DNA of 64,000 bases from the NCBI GenBank assembly GCA_000993685.1, contig LBWP01000004.1, positions 4,055 through 68,054 on the forward strand. The letters are read 5' to 3'. Position numbers and translations under genes: made by a program. Below are positions 10,090-18,997 of the stretch, in pieces. This DNA comes from Candidatus Woesebacteria bacterium GW2011_GWA1_39_21. GTDB lineage: Bacteria > Patescibacteriota > Microgenomatia > UBA8517. Every line of letters begins with the position of its first letter. The stretch's first letter is position 1. The notes under the pieces were generated by a model, which saw nothing but the letters and a program-made list of their open reading frames with translations, ran no database searches and had not been told where the DNA came from.

Positions 10090-10118
10090 AGGATAGCTGA
10101 AAGCCAAAATAAAGTCAA
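10090..10118 (-). promoter_or_regulatory. Sigma70-type promoter for hup
   Basis: TTGACT-17 nt-TATCCT on the minus strand. Confidence 0.6.
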
Positions 10119-10170
10119 GAATACGGGATAAACTTAATGTAGATTAAAGTAAGAGGTCAGAAAATCCGCT

Positions 10171-11400
10171 TTACTTTGCACTTGTTGTCTCGATAACTCT
10201 CGATTCGCGAATAACGGTCACTTTGATCTGACCAACATACTCCGCTTCCTTTTCAAGTTTTCTGGCAATGTCGTGCGCCAGAATTGTCAATTTATCGTCG
10301 TCAACCTCGTCAGGTTTAACAACAACTCGAACGTCACGTCCGGCCTGAAACGCATAGACGGCTTCAACTCCGGCAAAACCCCTGGCAATGTCTTCAATTT
10401 TATTCATCCGCACAACGTAATCATCGTGCGGTTCATACCTTGCACCCGGCCGCGAACCTGAAATCGCATCGGCAATCCAGACAATCGCTGATTCAACGGA
10501 AGAAAATGGCTTTTCCTCATGGTGTTCGGCAACACAAGCGATTACCTCTTTCGGAAGACCGTATTTTTTGAGTGTTGTTACTCCGACCTGAACATGCGTT
10601 CCTTCTTCACTGGTTACAACTTTACCAATATCGTGGAGAAGACACCCAAGTCTTATAATATCAACGTTTGCGCCAATTTCGTTCGCGACTGCGATACCGA
10701 TTTTTGTTTCCTCTATTGTGTGAATTCCAAGGTTTTGTCCGTACGAAGTTCTGAATTTGAATCTCCCAATAAGTTTAATTAGATCGATGGGTAAGTTGTA
10801 AACACCACATTCTTCGGTTATCTTTCTTCCTTCGGAAAGAAGTACGTCTTCCATCTGGGCTTTTGTTTGTTTGATGACTTCCTCAATTCTTGAAGGTTGT
10901 ATCCGTGTATCACGAATAAGTGTCTCCAACGATCTTTTGGCAATTTCGCGCCTGACAGCATCAAAAGAAGAAAGTCTGATTTCATTTGTTTCGTCAATTT
11001 CAATTTCAACACCGGCCTCTTTTTCGAAAGTCCTGATATTTCTTCCGCCTGCGCCGATGATCCTTCCTTTCACATCTTCATTTGGAACAGCAACCGAAGA
11101 CAAGCTATACTCGGCTGTATACGAAGTCGCGCCGTGTTTCATCGCATCAACCAGGATTTCCCTAGCCTTTTCACCTGCCTCAATTTTAATCCGTTCTTCT
11201 GCCGAACGGATCTTTTTCGCGATCTCTTCAGATAAATCTTTCTGGACTTCAGCAAGAAGCATTTTCTTTGCTTCGTCAACAGACAATCTGGCAGCTTTTG
11301 CAAGTTTGGCAGTTAGCTCCTTTTCTTTTTTGTCCAAATCTTCCATTTTCTTGTTCAAAACGGAATCCGATTTATAACCCGAATTGTTATTTAAAACCAT
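10171..11400 (-). CDS. rny: Ribonuclease Y (no N-terminal TM anchor)
   Basis: KH motif KGRIIGAGGRNIR, RTSYGQN, HD motif LLHDIGK, ADAISGSRPGAR, AFQAGRDVRV. Confidence 0.95.
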   Translation of the reverse strand: MVLNNNSGYKSDSVLNKKMEDLDKKEKELTAKLAKAARLSVDEAKKMLLAEVQKDLSEEIAKKIRSAEERIKIEAGEKAREILVDAMKHGATSYTAEYSLSSVAVPNEDVKGRIIGAGGRNIRTFEKEAGVEIEIDETNEIRLSSFDAVRREIAKRSLETLIRDTRIQPSRIEEVIKQTKAQMEDVLLSEGRKITEECGVYNLPIDLIKLIGRFKFRTSYGQNLGIHTIEETKIGIAVANEIGANVDIIRLGCLLHDIGKVVTSEEGTHVQVGVTTLKKYGLPKEVIACVAEHHEEKPFSSVESAIVWIADAISGSRPGARYEPHDDYVVRMNKIEDIARGFAGVEAVYAFQAGRDVRVVVKPDEVDDDKLTILAHDIARKLEKEAEYVGQIKVTVIRESRVIETTSAK

Positions 11401-11408
11401 AATTTATG

Positions 11409-11489
11409 AAGAACACGAAGATATAACCTTCATTGAAGGTCCAGAAAAGAAAAATCCAGCGCGGTATTTCTTACCATATCCGTATTCTT
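11409..11489 (-). promoter_or_regulatory. Candidate structured 5' leader RNA of rny
   Basis: Closing helix AAGAATACG-GATAT / ATATC-TT-CGTGTTCTT encloses hairpins GGTA..TACC and ACCTTC-AAT-GAAGGT; begins at the predicted TSS. Confidence 0.55.
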
Positions 11490-11496
11490 TGTGTAT

Positions 11497-11525
11497 ATTT
11501 TATATGCTTATAGGTAGTTGGTCAA
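11497..11525 (-). promoter_or_regulatory. Sigma70-type promoter for rny
   Basis: TTGACC-17 nt-TAAAAT on the minus strand. Confidence 0.7.
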
Positions 11526-11629
11526 TTAGAGGATTGTTATTATTTATTTTTACTTTATCAAATTATTAAAAAGCAAAAACGGATTGCTTAATAATTTATA
11601 TAGGCTTCCTGTTTTTCAACAAGATATTC

Positions 11630-12259
11630 TTAATTTTCCGTCATTAAGTGCCGCGCCCCATCTACCGCTTTTCTGATTATGTCCCAACTAAAGCCCTTTC
11701 TCGCCAAAAACATACAAGCCTTCTGGTGCGCAATCTTTTTTGGAAATTTTGCCCATTTATAAATATTTTTATCAAGTAACTTTTTTGCTGATCCCACTTC
11801 ATCTAAACCACTTTCTTGTAAAATCTGGTTAACGATATTGTTTTCAATTCCTTTAATTTTTAGCTCTGAAACCAATTCCCTTTTGGATTTGAATTTGAAT
11901 TGTATTCGCTGATCCACCCACCACTTGGCAAATTTCTCATCATCCAAAAGCTCCAGTTTTCGAAGTTTTTCCGAAAGAGTGTTTGTAAAGGACTCGTCTA
12001 CTTTTTTTCTTTTCAGCCAGTCGTTAATTTCCTTTTCGCTTCTGGGGCGAAGCGATGCAAAAAGTAAAAGTCGATCAAAAACTTTTTGAAATTCAGCTTT
12101 TTTTGTAATTTCAATTATTCTTTCTTCAGAAAGTTCCTGTTCTACTTTCAGTCCAAACTTTACGAAATTTTCCAGGTCAATTCCAAATCCAAATTTTCCG
12201 TCAAGATAAATGTTAACTCGACTTTTTTGCTTTTGCGGTTTAATAATTACTGTCATCAT
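11630..12259 (-). CDS. recX: Regulatory protein RecX
   Basis: RVNIYLDG N-domain, RPRSEKE, LLDDEKFA, ELKIKGI, FLARKGF. ATG at 12259 or 12256 preferred. Confidence 0.9.
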   Translation of the reverse strand: MMTVIIKPQKQKSRVNIYLDGKFGFGIDLENFVKFGLKVEQELSEERIIEITKKAEFQKVFDRLLLFASLRPRSEKEINDWLKRKKVDESFTNTLSEKLRKLELLDDEKFAKWWVDQRIQFKFKSKRELVSELKIKGIENNIVNQILQESGLDEVGSAKKLLDKNIYKWAKFPKKIAHQKACMFLARKGFSWDIIRKAVDGARHLMTEN

Positions 12260-12286
12260 TTTCGGATCTGGATTGGGAAGACAAAA

Positions 12287-12487
12287 ATGTCCAACCTTCA
12301 AGAGCCAAGGAAGGAAAACCGTTATGCCCCAATTATGGTCTTATTGGGTTATGTGCTGAACTCACTGGAATTGAGCCTGAAAAATTTGATAAACAGAAGC
12401 AGTTTTGCGGACTCAGAAAAAACCTCACTCTGGGGAAACAAACCGGTTGGCCAAAAGTTGCTTGTTGGGAGATACAAAAAGATCTAA
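12287..12487 (+). CDS. Possible small hypothetical protein (66 aa)
   Basis: ATG at 12287 fills the gap between recX and the next ORF and ends 2 nt before it; no recognisable motif. Confidence 0.35.
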   Translation: MSNLQEPRKENRYAPIMVLLGYVLNSLELSLKNLINRSSFADSEKTSLWGNKPVGQKLLVGRYKKI

Positions 12488-12489
12488 GT

Positions 12490-12945
12490 ATGAAGTTGGC
12501 AATCGCACAAAAACCGGCTGATAAAATTGAACCAGAGTCTTCTATTCGAAGAGAATTAAACTCAAATAAATCATTAGCCGAGATATCAAAGTCTTTGGAA
12601 AAATACAACCAGGAGAAGAGCAAAGTTGAAGAGAGGGAAAATATATTAAATCGTTTCAGAGAAGTAATATTTAACAATTGTTACGTGCACACAGGAGACG
12701 ACGCTGAGAGGAATCCCCATATAAAAACAGTCTCGAAAGCTGATGATTTAAGTACATACAAAGTGTTGGGTCAAGTACAAACATTTGTTAGTGCACTATC
12801 AGAAATTACAGGGCGGGTTTATGATCCTAACCCCAAAGAGATATTTTTAAATGAAGTAGCCCAACCGGCACATAACTGCAAACAATGTCCCCACATGGTG
12901 GATTATGAATCTTGGCAAAACCGAGGTTCGCTTACACAGTTTTAA
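12490..12945 (+). CDS. Hypothetical protein with C-terminal HxCxxCxH motif
   Basis: 151-aa ORF in an otherwise empty gap; helical N-half; HNCKQCPH. Confidence 0.65.
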   Translation: MKLAIAQKPADKIEPESSIRRELNSNKSLAEISKSLEKYNQEKSKVEERENILNRFREVIFNNCYVHTGDDAERNPHIKTVSKADDLSTYKVLGQVQTFVSALSEITGRVYDPNPKEIFLNEVAQPAHNCKQCPHMVDYESWQNRGSLTQF

Positions 12946-12956
12946 AATCACAATAT

Positions 12957-13997
12957 TTATTCCTCAGTTTCTTCCCCAATTTCCTTTGGTATCTTTTTAC
13001 CTGAAGCAACTAACTCGCGAATCTTTTTTTCAATCTCGTCATAAAGTTTTTTATCCTCTTTTAAAAGCAGTTTTGCACCTTCTTTTCCCTTCTTTTCTAA
13101 AATTCCCAGTTCCGTTGCAACATCCAAAAGTCCACCGGTTTTAGAAATACCTTCATCATTCATGATGTCAAATTCAGCAACCCGAAGTGGCGGGGCGACT
13201 TTATTTTTGACAACACGCGCCCGATGACGCGAGCCGATAACCACATCTCCGTCTTTCAAAACTTCAATTCTTCTAACATCAATTCTCACTGAAGCGTAAA
13301 ACTTCAGTGCCAAGCCACCGGGTGTCGTTTCAGGATTGCCAAACATCACGCCGATTTTTTGTCTCAGCTGGTTTGTAAAAATCAGGATTGTTTTGCTTTT
13401 AGAAATTGCACCGGTTAGTTTTCGCAACGCCTGGCTCATCAACCGCGCCTGAAGTCCCATCACCGCATCTCCCATTTCACCCTCGAGTTCAGCCCTTGGA
13501 ACAAGTGCTGCAACAGAATCGATAACAATCACATCCAAAGCTCCGGATCTGATAAGTGTTTCCGCTATCTCTAACGCTTGCTCACCCGTATCAGGTTGAG
13601 AAAGAAGAAGATCGTCTAGATTTACACCTATCGTTTCAGCCCTCTCGGGATCCAACGCATGTTCAGCATCAATAAAAGCACATTGTCCGCCCATTTTTTG
13701 CGCTTCGGCAATAACATGCAAAGCCAAGGTTGTTTTCCCTGACGCTTCGGGGCCGTAGATTTCAATAATTCTACCGCGTGGAAGACCACCAACTCCAAGA
13801 GCAAGATCCAAAGCAATCGAACCTGTTGGTACTACATTTACCCTAAACTTTTCCTCCACCTTTTCGCCAAGACGCATAATCGCACCCTTACCGTACTGTT
13901 TCTCAATTTGATCCATTGCAAGACGTATCGCGGTTAATTTTGCGGAGGAATTTTCCTGTGGTACCGGCGTTTCAACCGGTTTACTTTTCTTAGACAT
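12957..13997 (-). CDS. recA: Recombinase RecA (13-aa deletion in the C-terminal domain)
   Basis: [53 protein letters not shown]. Confidence 0.98.
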   Translation of the reverse strand: MSKKSKPVETPVPQENSSAKLTAIRLAMDQIEKQYGKGAIMRLGEKVEEKFRVNVVPTGSIALDLALGVGGLPRGRIIEIYGPEASGKTTLALHVIAEAQKMGGQCAFIDAEHALDPERAETIGVNLDDLLLSQPDTGEQALEIAETLIRSGALDVIVIDSVAALVPRAELEGEMGDAVMGLQARLMSQALRKLTGAISKSKTILIFTNQLRQKIGVMFGNPETTPGGLALKFYASVRIDVRRIEVLKDGDVVIGSRHRARVVKNKVAPPLRVAEFDIMNDEGISKTGGLLDVATELGILEKKGKEGAKLLLKEDKKLYDEIEKKIRELVASGKKIPKEIGEETEE

Positions 13998-14042
13998 TAT
14001 AAGGTATGTTTACCATAAAAAATTCCTAATAACAACAAGAAT

Positions 14043-14187
14043 TTTATTCAAACTTTGCCAAAACTGTGAACTTCGAGTTTTCGGATATCTCTGACTAGGA
14101 GAGAAGCGAATCAGTGAACAGACCCGCCTCGCCGGCTGGCAGGCTCTTCGCAGAAAACCGATGGTTAAGAAACCTCGGTTGTTTATT
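14043..14187 (-). mobile_element. Two-hairpin repeat element, copy B (nested CCTGCCAGCCGGCGAGGCGGGT module at 14122-14143)
   Basis: Reverse complement reads AATAAACAACCGAGG..TCGGTTTTCTGCGAAGAG-module-CTGTTCACTGATTCGCTTC...GTTTTGGCAAAGTTTGAATAAA; the left hexamer contains the mltG stop codon. Confidence 0.8.
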
Positions 14188-15193
14188 TATTAAGGTATTT
14201 TCTGACGTTTGCGGCGTGTTCCTCCGCGGTTTTTGCATAATGGATGGTTCCGTCCGGGGAATGAATGTAAAACCAGTAGTCAGACACTTGAGGGTCAAGT
14301 GCAGCTTGGAGTGACTCCAAACCGGGATTGCAAATCGGAGCCAACGGGAGACCTTTATACTTATAAGTATTATAAGGTGAGTCTACATCAAGGTCTTGTA
14401 GTGTAAGAACTGGCCACCAGTTAATATCTTTCTGCTTTTGCAACTTCAGACTTACATTTGCAACAGCATATTGAACACTCGCGTCAACTTGTAATGGCCA
14501 ACCGTTTTCGATTCTTTTCCATAGTATCCCGGAAACTATTGGTTTTTCAGAAGTTGTTTTTGTCTCCCTTTCTAATATCGAAGCCATTGTCACAATTTCA
14601 CCTTTAGTAAATTTGCTGTCGGCATATTTTTTTACAAGCGACTCATACTTATCATCAAAAGTCGATCTTAATCTTTCGAAAACGAGTTTTGCCGTTGCTT
14701 CTTTCGGAAAGAGGTATGTATCAGGAAATAAATACCCTTCTGATGTTTTTGCCAAATCCAAAAATTGCTCTTTAAAAACGATTGTCTCTTCAGAATTCAT
14801 CGGCAGAGATTCTGTAATTCTTAAAACAATTTCCTCCTTACGAAGACCCTCGGGAATAATCACCCAAAACTCTTTTGGGCCTTTCCCAAGTACACTTACT
14901 ATTTCAGAAACACTCATTGAAGGTGACAGTTCAAATTCACCCGCATTGATACTTTTTGTTTTATTTAATAATGTTACATAAATTTTAAAAACCAGTTGAT
15001 TTCTGATTAATCTGTTGTTATATAGAAACGAACCAATTTCACTAGCAGCCGTCCCTTTTGGAACAACAAAGGTTACCTTCTCTTCTGAATTTGAAACTGG
15101 GGTAAGTTCTTTTTTAAACCAGTAGTAAAAGGAGGACGCGGAAAAGATAACGACTATTAAAATGAGAACAAAAATAAAATAAATCCTTTTCAT
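14183..15193 (-). CDS. mltG: Endolytic transglycosylase MltG
   Basis: N-terminal TM, IIPEG, EGYLFPDTY, ASILERE, LQVDA, SPYNTY..GLP..PI.NPG. Confidence 0.95.
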   Translation of the reverse strand: MKRIYFIFVLILIVVIFSASSFYYWFKKELTPVSNSEEKVTFVVPKGTAASEIGSFLYNNRLIRNQLVFKIYVTLLNKTKSINAGEFELSPSMSVSEIVSVLGKGPKEFWVIIPEGLRKEEIVLRITESLPMNSEETIVFKEQFLDLAKTSEGYLFPDTYLFPKEATAKLVFERLRSTFDDKYESLVKKYADSKFTKGEIVTMASILERETKTTSEKPIVSGILWKRIENGWPLQVDASVQYAVANVSLKLQKQKDINWWPVLTLQDLDVDSPYNTYKYKGLPLAPICNPGLESLQAALDPQVSDYWFYIHSPDGTIHYAKTAEEHAANVRKYLNK

Positions 15194-15248
15194 TCCACAT
15201 TAACAAGATGTAGTTTCATTTTTGCCCTCAATTACCAAACGCCTTTGG

Positions 15249-15449
15249 TTACACCTCTTCCAAAAGAGCTCTGCGGTAATTTTCGTCTTTGGGGTTATAA
15301 ATAAAGATCCTTCCGCAAGAGCAGGTTACTTTCTCCATGCCATCACCGTGTTTTACTTTTTTCGCGATATTTAACGGCTTTCCGCAACCAACACACCTGC
15401 CTTGCGAAAGTAGCCAGGCCTGGATTGGAGCGATTACATTCTTTAGCAT
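15249..15449 (-). CDS. Small zinc-ribbon protein
   Basis: 66 aa with CVGC...CSC and YRRA tail; AT-rich upstream region with TATAAT. Confidence 0.75.
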   Translation of the reverse strand: MLKNVIAPIQAWLLSQGRCVGCGKPLNIAKKVKHGDGMEKVTCSCGRIFIYNPKDENYRRALLEEV

Positions 15450-15492
15450 AATTATATTTTAATTATAACACAAAGATAAGCTTGTGCTGTCA

Positions 15493-15646
15493 AATAAACT
15501 ACCTAAGGGCTAAGAGTCCTCGGAATTCTCGCCCTTTGGTCTCAACAAGTCCTTCAGTTTTTACTTAAGATGGTGAACTAACCCGAACCATTTGATCACT
15601 CCTTCCTTTCATCCGTGGACTAAGAGTCCACGGTTTTGGCGAAGAT
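15493..15646 (+). mobile_element. Two-hairpin repeat element, copy C (degenerate CCTTC...GAACCAT module at 15551-15591), right end fused to yqgF
   Basis: AATAAACTACC.AAGGGC..GTCCTCGG, TTCTCGCC, CCGTGGAC-TAAGA-GTCCACGG, TTTTGGCGAAG. Confidence 0.8.
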
Positions 15647-16000
15647 AATTGCCGCAGAGTAGGCATCTTCCATCTCTTTTCGTTTTTTCCTTTTGATTCC
15701 AGCGCCAATTGACAACTCCTGCGCATCCTGAGTTGACAATGATTCATCTTGAAAGACGATCTGGCAACTTAACTTCCTGCCTAACTTTACAACAAACCCC
15801 TTTGTCTCTTTGGCCATTTCCCCATCCGATAACCCAAAAACCACTGTTGCCACTGACTGTTCTTCTGCGGCTTGTTTCACTTTTTCCAATCCATCGACTT
15901 CGTCGTCATACCTGATAACCTTCCACGGTTCTGAAATCACACCGTCTGAAACAGCTAAACCTATTTTTTTTCTTCCATAATCAATCCCTAAAAATTTCAT
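15620..16000 (-). CDS. yqgF: YqgF/RuvX family nuclease (pre-16S rRNA processing)
   Basis: LGIDYGRKKIGLAVSD, VVFGL, QDESLST, DAYSAAII. Confidence 0.9.
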   Translation of the reverse strand: MKFLGIDYGRKKIGLAVSDGVISEPWKVIRYDDEVDGLEKVKQAAEEQSVATVVFGLSDGEMAKETKGFVVKLGRKLSCQIVFQDESLSTQDAQELSIGAGIKRKKRKEMEDAYSAAIIFAKTVDS

Positions 16001-16659
16001 ATTTTTACAATCTTCGCTCTAACCACAAGTCTTCTAGGATTAAGCGGGTGTCCAGGTGGAACACAAGTCACCAAACTTAAAAAGGAATCGTCATACCGCT
16101 GATCTAAAATATTTAAGTTGTCAGGATTAACTTCGAACATTTCGCTTACCAGATATTTATACATAACACTTCCACTATTTACAACAATCTCGTCACCAGT
16201 TTTTAATTTGGGAATTGTCGAAAAGATAGTCAGGTAGTCTTTTGGGTTAAAAAATATCGGCAAAACCGAGTGGCCAAAAATCACCGTGTTTCCAATCTGC
16301 CCCGGACGCGCAGTTCCCGGATATTGAATTAAGCTTTTTGACAAATCTTCCCCACCAACATAGACTTGCGCATTTGTTATCTTCAGACGAGGAATCGACA
16401 ATCTGTATTCGTTACTATCAGAATCACCTTGTCCTAAATCATACTCTGAAGACCAATTTCCCAGTTCCTTATAGTCCTTAAGCGACTGCATTAAAATACT
16501 TTTGTGTTCTTGCTCGGTAATTGGACTGACCAGACGGGGAAACCTTTTTCTTGAAACGTATTCGTACTGGATGATCGGGTATACAGAAAGAATAATTACA
16601 AGTACCCCAAAAAATGCAAGAATCAACGCAAGCATTCTTAAGGGAGCTTTTCTTGCCAT
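15997..16659 (-). CDS. Sortase
   Basis: N-terminal TM, LSIPRL, GNTVIFGHS (His), LVTC (Cys), RLVVRA (Arg). Confidence 0.92.
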   Translation of the reverse strand: MARKAPLRMLALILAFFGVLVIILSVYPIIQYEYVSRKRFPRLVSPITEQEHKSILMQSLKDYKELGNWSSEYDLGQGDSDSNEYRLSIPRLKITNAQVYVGGEDLSKSLIQYPGTARPGQIGNTVIFGHSVLPIFFNPKDYLTIFSTIPKLKTGDEIVVNSGSVMYKYLVSEMFEVNPDNLNILDQRYDDSFLSLVTCVPPGHPLNPRRLVVRAKIVKI

Positions 16660-16665
16660 AAGGAA

Positions 16666-18930
16666 TTACTTATCCGCGCTAACAGAAATTTCTATGTTTC
16701 CTGGCACTCTAGGAAGTGTTCCAAGTCTCCCCGGGAGGTTGATGTTTAAGAACTTGATGACAACTCTTTCATAGCCTGGGACATTATTTTTCAAATACTC
16801 CTCAGCTGTATTTGGGAATTTTCCAGTGATGTTTTTTCTGATCTTATCGATATCAACTTGAGGTAAGAGATTCGCGCTTACAATAAGCTTTAAGTTGTAA
16901 ACACTATCTTCCTTAGTTTGATAAGTGAAGTCTGATTCAATTTGATTATTTTTCAAACTGTATCCTGTCGGAACCCTTTGCGATAAGTATTTTAGTCCGA
17001 GTTTTTCAATATCGTTTTTATTGACAGTTACACCATCTGCCTTCAACTCCAAACTAAGCGATAAAGTGGTTCCTTCGTCGCCAACTTTCTTGTCAAATTC
17101 TTTATTGGTGAGAGAATAGGTGATTGAGTCAGCAATCAAGACCTGGCTGTCGGGTATTTTACCGCTTAATTTTTCCTTTAAATTGCTTTGTATTTCACTT
17201 TGTAAATCGTCAAACAGTTTCTTCTGATCGGCCTCAGAAACCGCATTGACCTCACGGCTTGTTCCACCCGAAAAGGCAGATTCGTTGGTCGCCTCCATAT
17301 CAGCATTGGAATAGTTGGCAACCGTAAAGGTTGAACCGGCCGCAAGATTGTATTGCGCACCAATTTCCTTAGCAGTTACCTTTGCTTTGGTAACACCTCG
17401 TGTCAAAACGCTCCCACTAGCAACGTTAATCTCTTCATCCAAAGAAAAATTCAGACTTCCCGGCCCTTTGATTAAAGTGTCTTTATCTAACTTGAGCGAA
17501 CTTCCTGAACGGTATATTGTTACTTCACCACTAGCCTTGTCTCCAACAACTTTCGTTCCAGTCGTTGAAACACTTTTGTCTTCCGACAATGATTCGTCAA
17601 CCACACCACCTGCAAGAAGCAGATCATCAAAATCTGATGAGCTTGCACTGCTATCAACCCTGATTTCAACATCCTCCTGAATATTTTTAGGTGAGACATA
17701 AATAGACACCTCCGCTTTCGGGAAAAACCACCAAAAAACAAACAGTCCTACTGTTACTAAAAATAAAATCAAAAATCCAACAATTAAAGGTTTCGGAGTT
17801 GGCAATCGCATTGTGACACTCGATTCCGAAATATTTTCGCTGTGGCGTTGAAATCTCTTGAAGAAAGAAAAAAGATTTGAAATCCTACCAAGTTTGTCCG
17901 TAAAAGTTTTTTTCTGGGGGGATGCAGGCATTTGTGCTTCTTCTTGTGGAGCATTTTTCTGCTCCACAAACTTACTAGCAATCGCAACTTCGTTGCCTAA
18001 GGCATCCTCCTTGTTTACAGTAAAACCAAAGTCTTCTGGAGAAATATCGCTGTCGGGTTCTGTCAAATTTGATGTTTCATGCCGAATAGTATCATTTGAC
18101 TGGGCATCAAGTTTGTCATCCGCAGCTACATTTTCCATTCCAGGTTCCACTGGCAAATCGGAAGAGGTGTCGATTTGCTCAACGTTCCCCATTTCGGCAC
18201 CACCCGCAAGGCAAACCGCATGGACTTTCTTGTCAGACGGAACAATTTCAATTTTTGGAGTGTGAAGAAATTTTATATCTTTATAATTTTCCCAATCAGC
18301 CTTAATCAACTCCTGCCTGATTTCATCTAATTCACCTTCTTTCGAATTGTAGAGTATAATTCTCGAAGGATATGCCTCGTCCGATTTAAAGCGGGACAGC
18401 CCTTCAGAAACATCTTCGACAACCGAAACGCTTCGCGCAATTTGCGACACACCAACCAATTTCCCCAATCTGAAAATTGACAATTCTAAATTATCTTGAA
18501 AAACTCCCAAAAAGACGGCGTTTACCAGACCACCTTCCTCCGCTTTAAAATAATTACAAAGCGCCTCGGACATCACCACAAAACCAACGGGTTCAAGGGA
18601 TAATTCGGAACAGACTCTTTTTATTTTTGACAGATATTCCGCTTTAATCTCTCCATCTTCCACCCAAGAAGAGACTACGCCAAAAACAGTTTTAGAAGGG
18701 GGATCGATTTCTTCAGGAAAATTCTGTACAACTGAAGAACAACTTGCATCGCATGCTGAAACAAGCTCATCGTCAAGATGCCATGAAGATGAAGGACTAA
18801 CAGAGATTACCTGGACTTTGTTTTCAGTCAATTTCCAAATACCTGCCGAAACCCATTCAGGCTCAATTGCCAAAGACCAAAAATACCTTTCTTCTTCCTT
18901 CCTTTTGGGCAGTACGCTTTTTAAATCCAT
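16666..18930 (-). CDS. Bitopic membrane protein with putative FtsA/PilM-like cytoplasmic domain and baseplate-J-like external region
   Basis: ~245-aa alpha/beta N-domain, disordered acidic linker, TM around residues 383-403, then KASGEVTI...IGAQYNL..G...TNESAFSGG motifs resembling baseplate J/gp47-annotated CPR proteins. Confidence 0.6.
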   Translation of the reverse strand: MDLKSVLPKRKEEERYFWSLAIEPEWVSAGIWKLTENKVQVISVSPSSSWHLDDELVSACDASCSSVVQNFPEEIDPPSKTVFGVVSSWVEDGEIKAEYLSKIKRVCSELSLEPVGFVVMSEALCNYFKAEEGGLVNAVFLGVFQDNLELSIFRLGKLVGVSQIARSVSVVEDVSEGLSRFKSDEAYPSRIILYNSKEGELDEIRQELIKADWENYKDIKFLHTPKIEIVPSDKKVHAVCLAGGAEMGNVEQIDTSSDLPVEPGMENVAADDKLDAQSNDTIRHETSNLTEPDSDISPEDFGFTVNKEDALGNEVAIASKFVEQKNAPQEEAQMPASPQKKTFTDKLGRISNLFSFFKRFQRHSENISESSVTMRLPTPKPLIVGFLILFLVTVGLFVFWWFFPKAEVSIYVSPKNIQEDVEIRVDSSASSSDFDDLLLAGGVVDESLSEDKSVSTTGTKVVGDKASGEVTIYRSGSSLKLDKDTLIKGPGSLNFSLDEEINVASGSVLTRGVTKAKVTAKEIGAQYNLAAGSTFTVANYSNADMEATNESAFSGGTSREVNAVSEADQKKLFDDLQSEIQSNLKEKLSGKIPDSQVLIADSITYSLTNKEFDKKVGDEGTTLSLSLELKADGVTVNKNDIEKLGLKYLSQRVPTGYSLKNNQIESDFTYQTKEDSVYNLKLIVSANLLPQVDIDKIRKNITGKFPNTAEEYLKNNVPGYERVVIKFLNINLPGRLGTLPRVPGNIEISVSADK

Positions 18931-18997
18931 ACACTACAAAAAACCAAAACCGTCAAAAGATTTTGTATGTGTTTCTACACTGTTGGAAGCTTGCTTG

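Noticed and set aside
11409-11489. Cloverleaf-like fold as a tRNA gene
   Set aside because: No T-loop GTTC, D-loop GG or 7-bp acceptor stem geometry; kept only as a leader candidate.
16666-18930. Prophage or contractile injection system suggested by the baseplate-J-like domain
   Set aside because: No sheath, tube, spike, terminase or integrase genes; the context is housekeeping.
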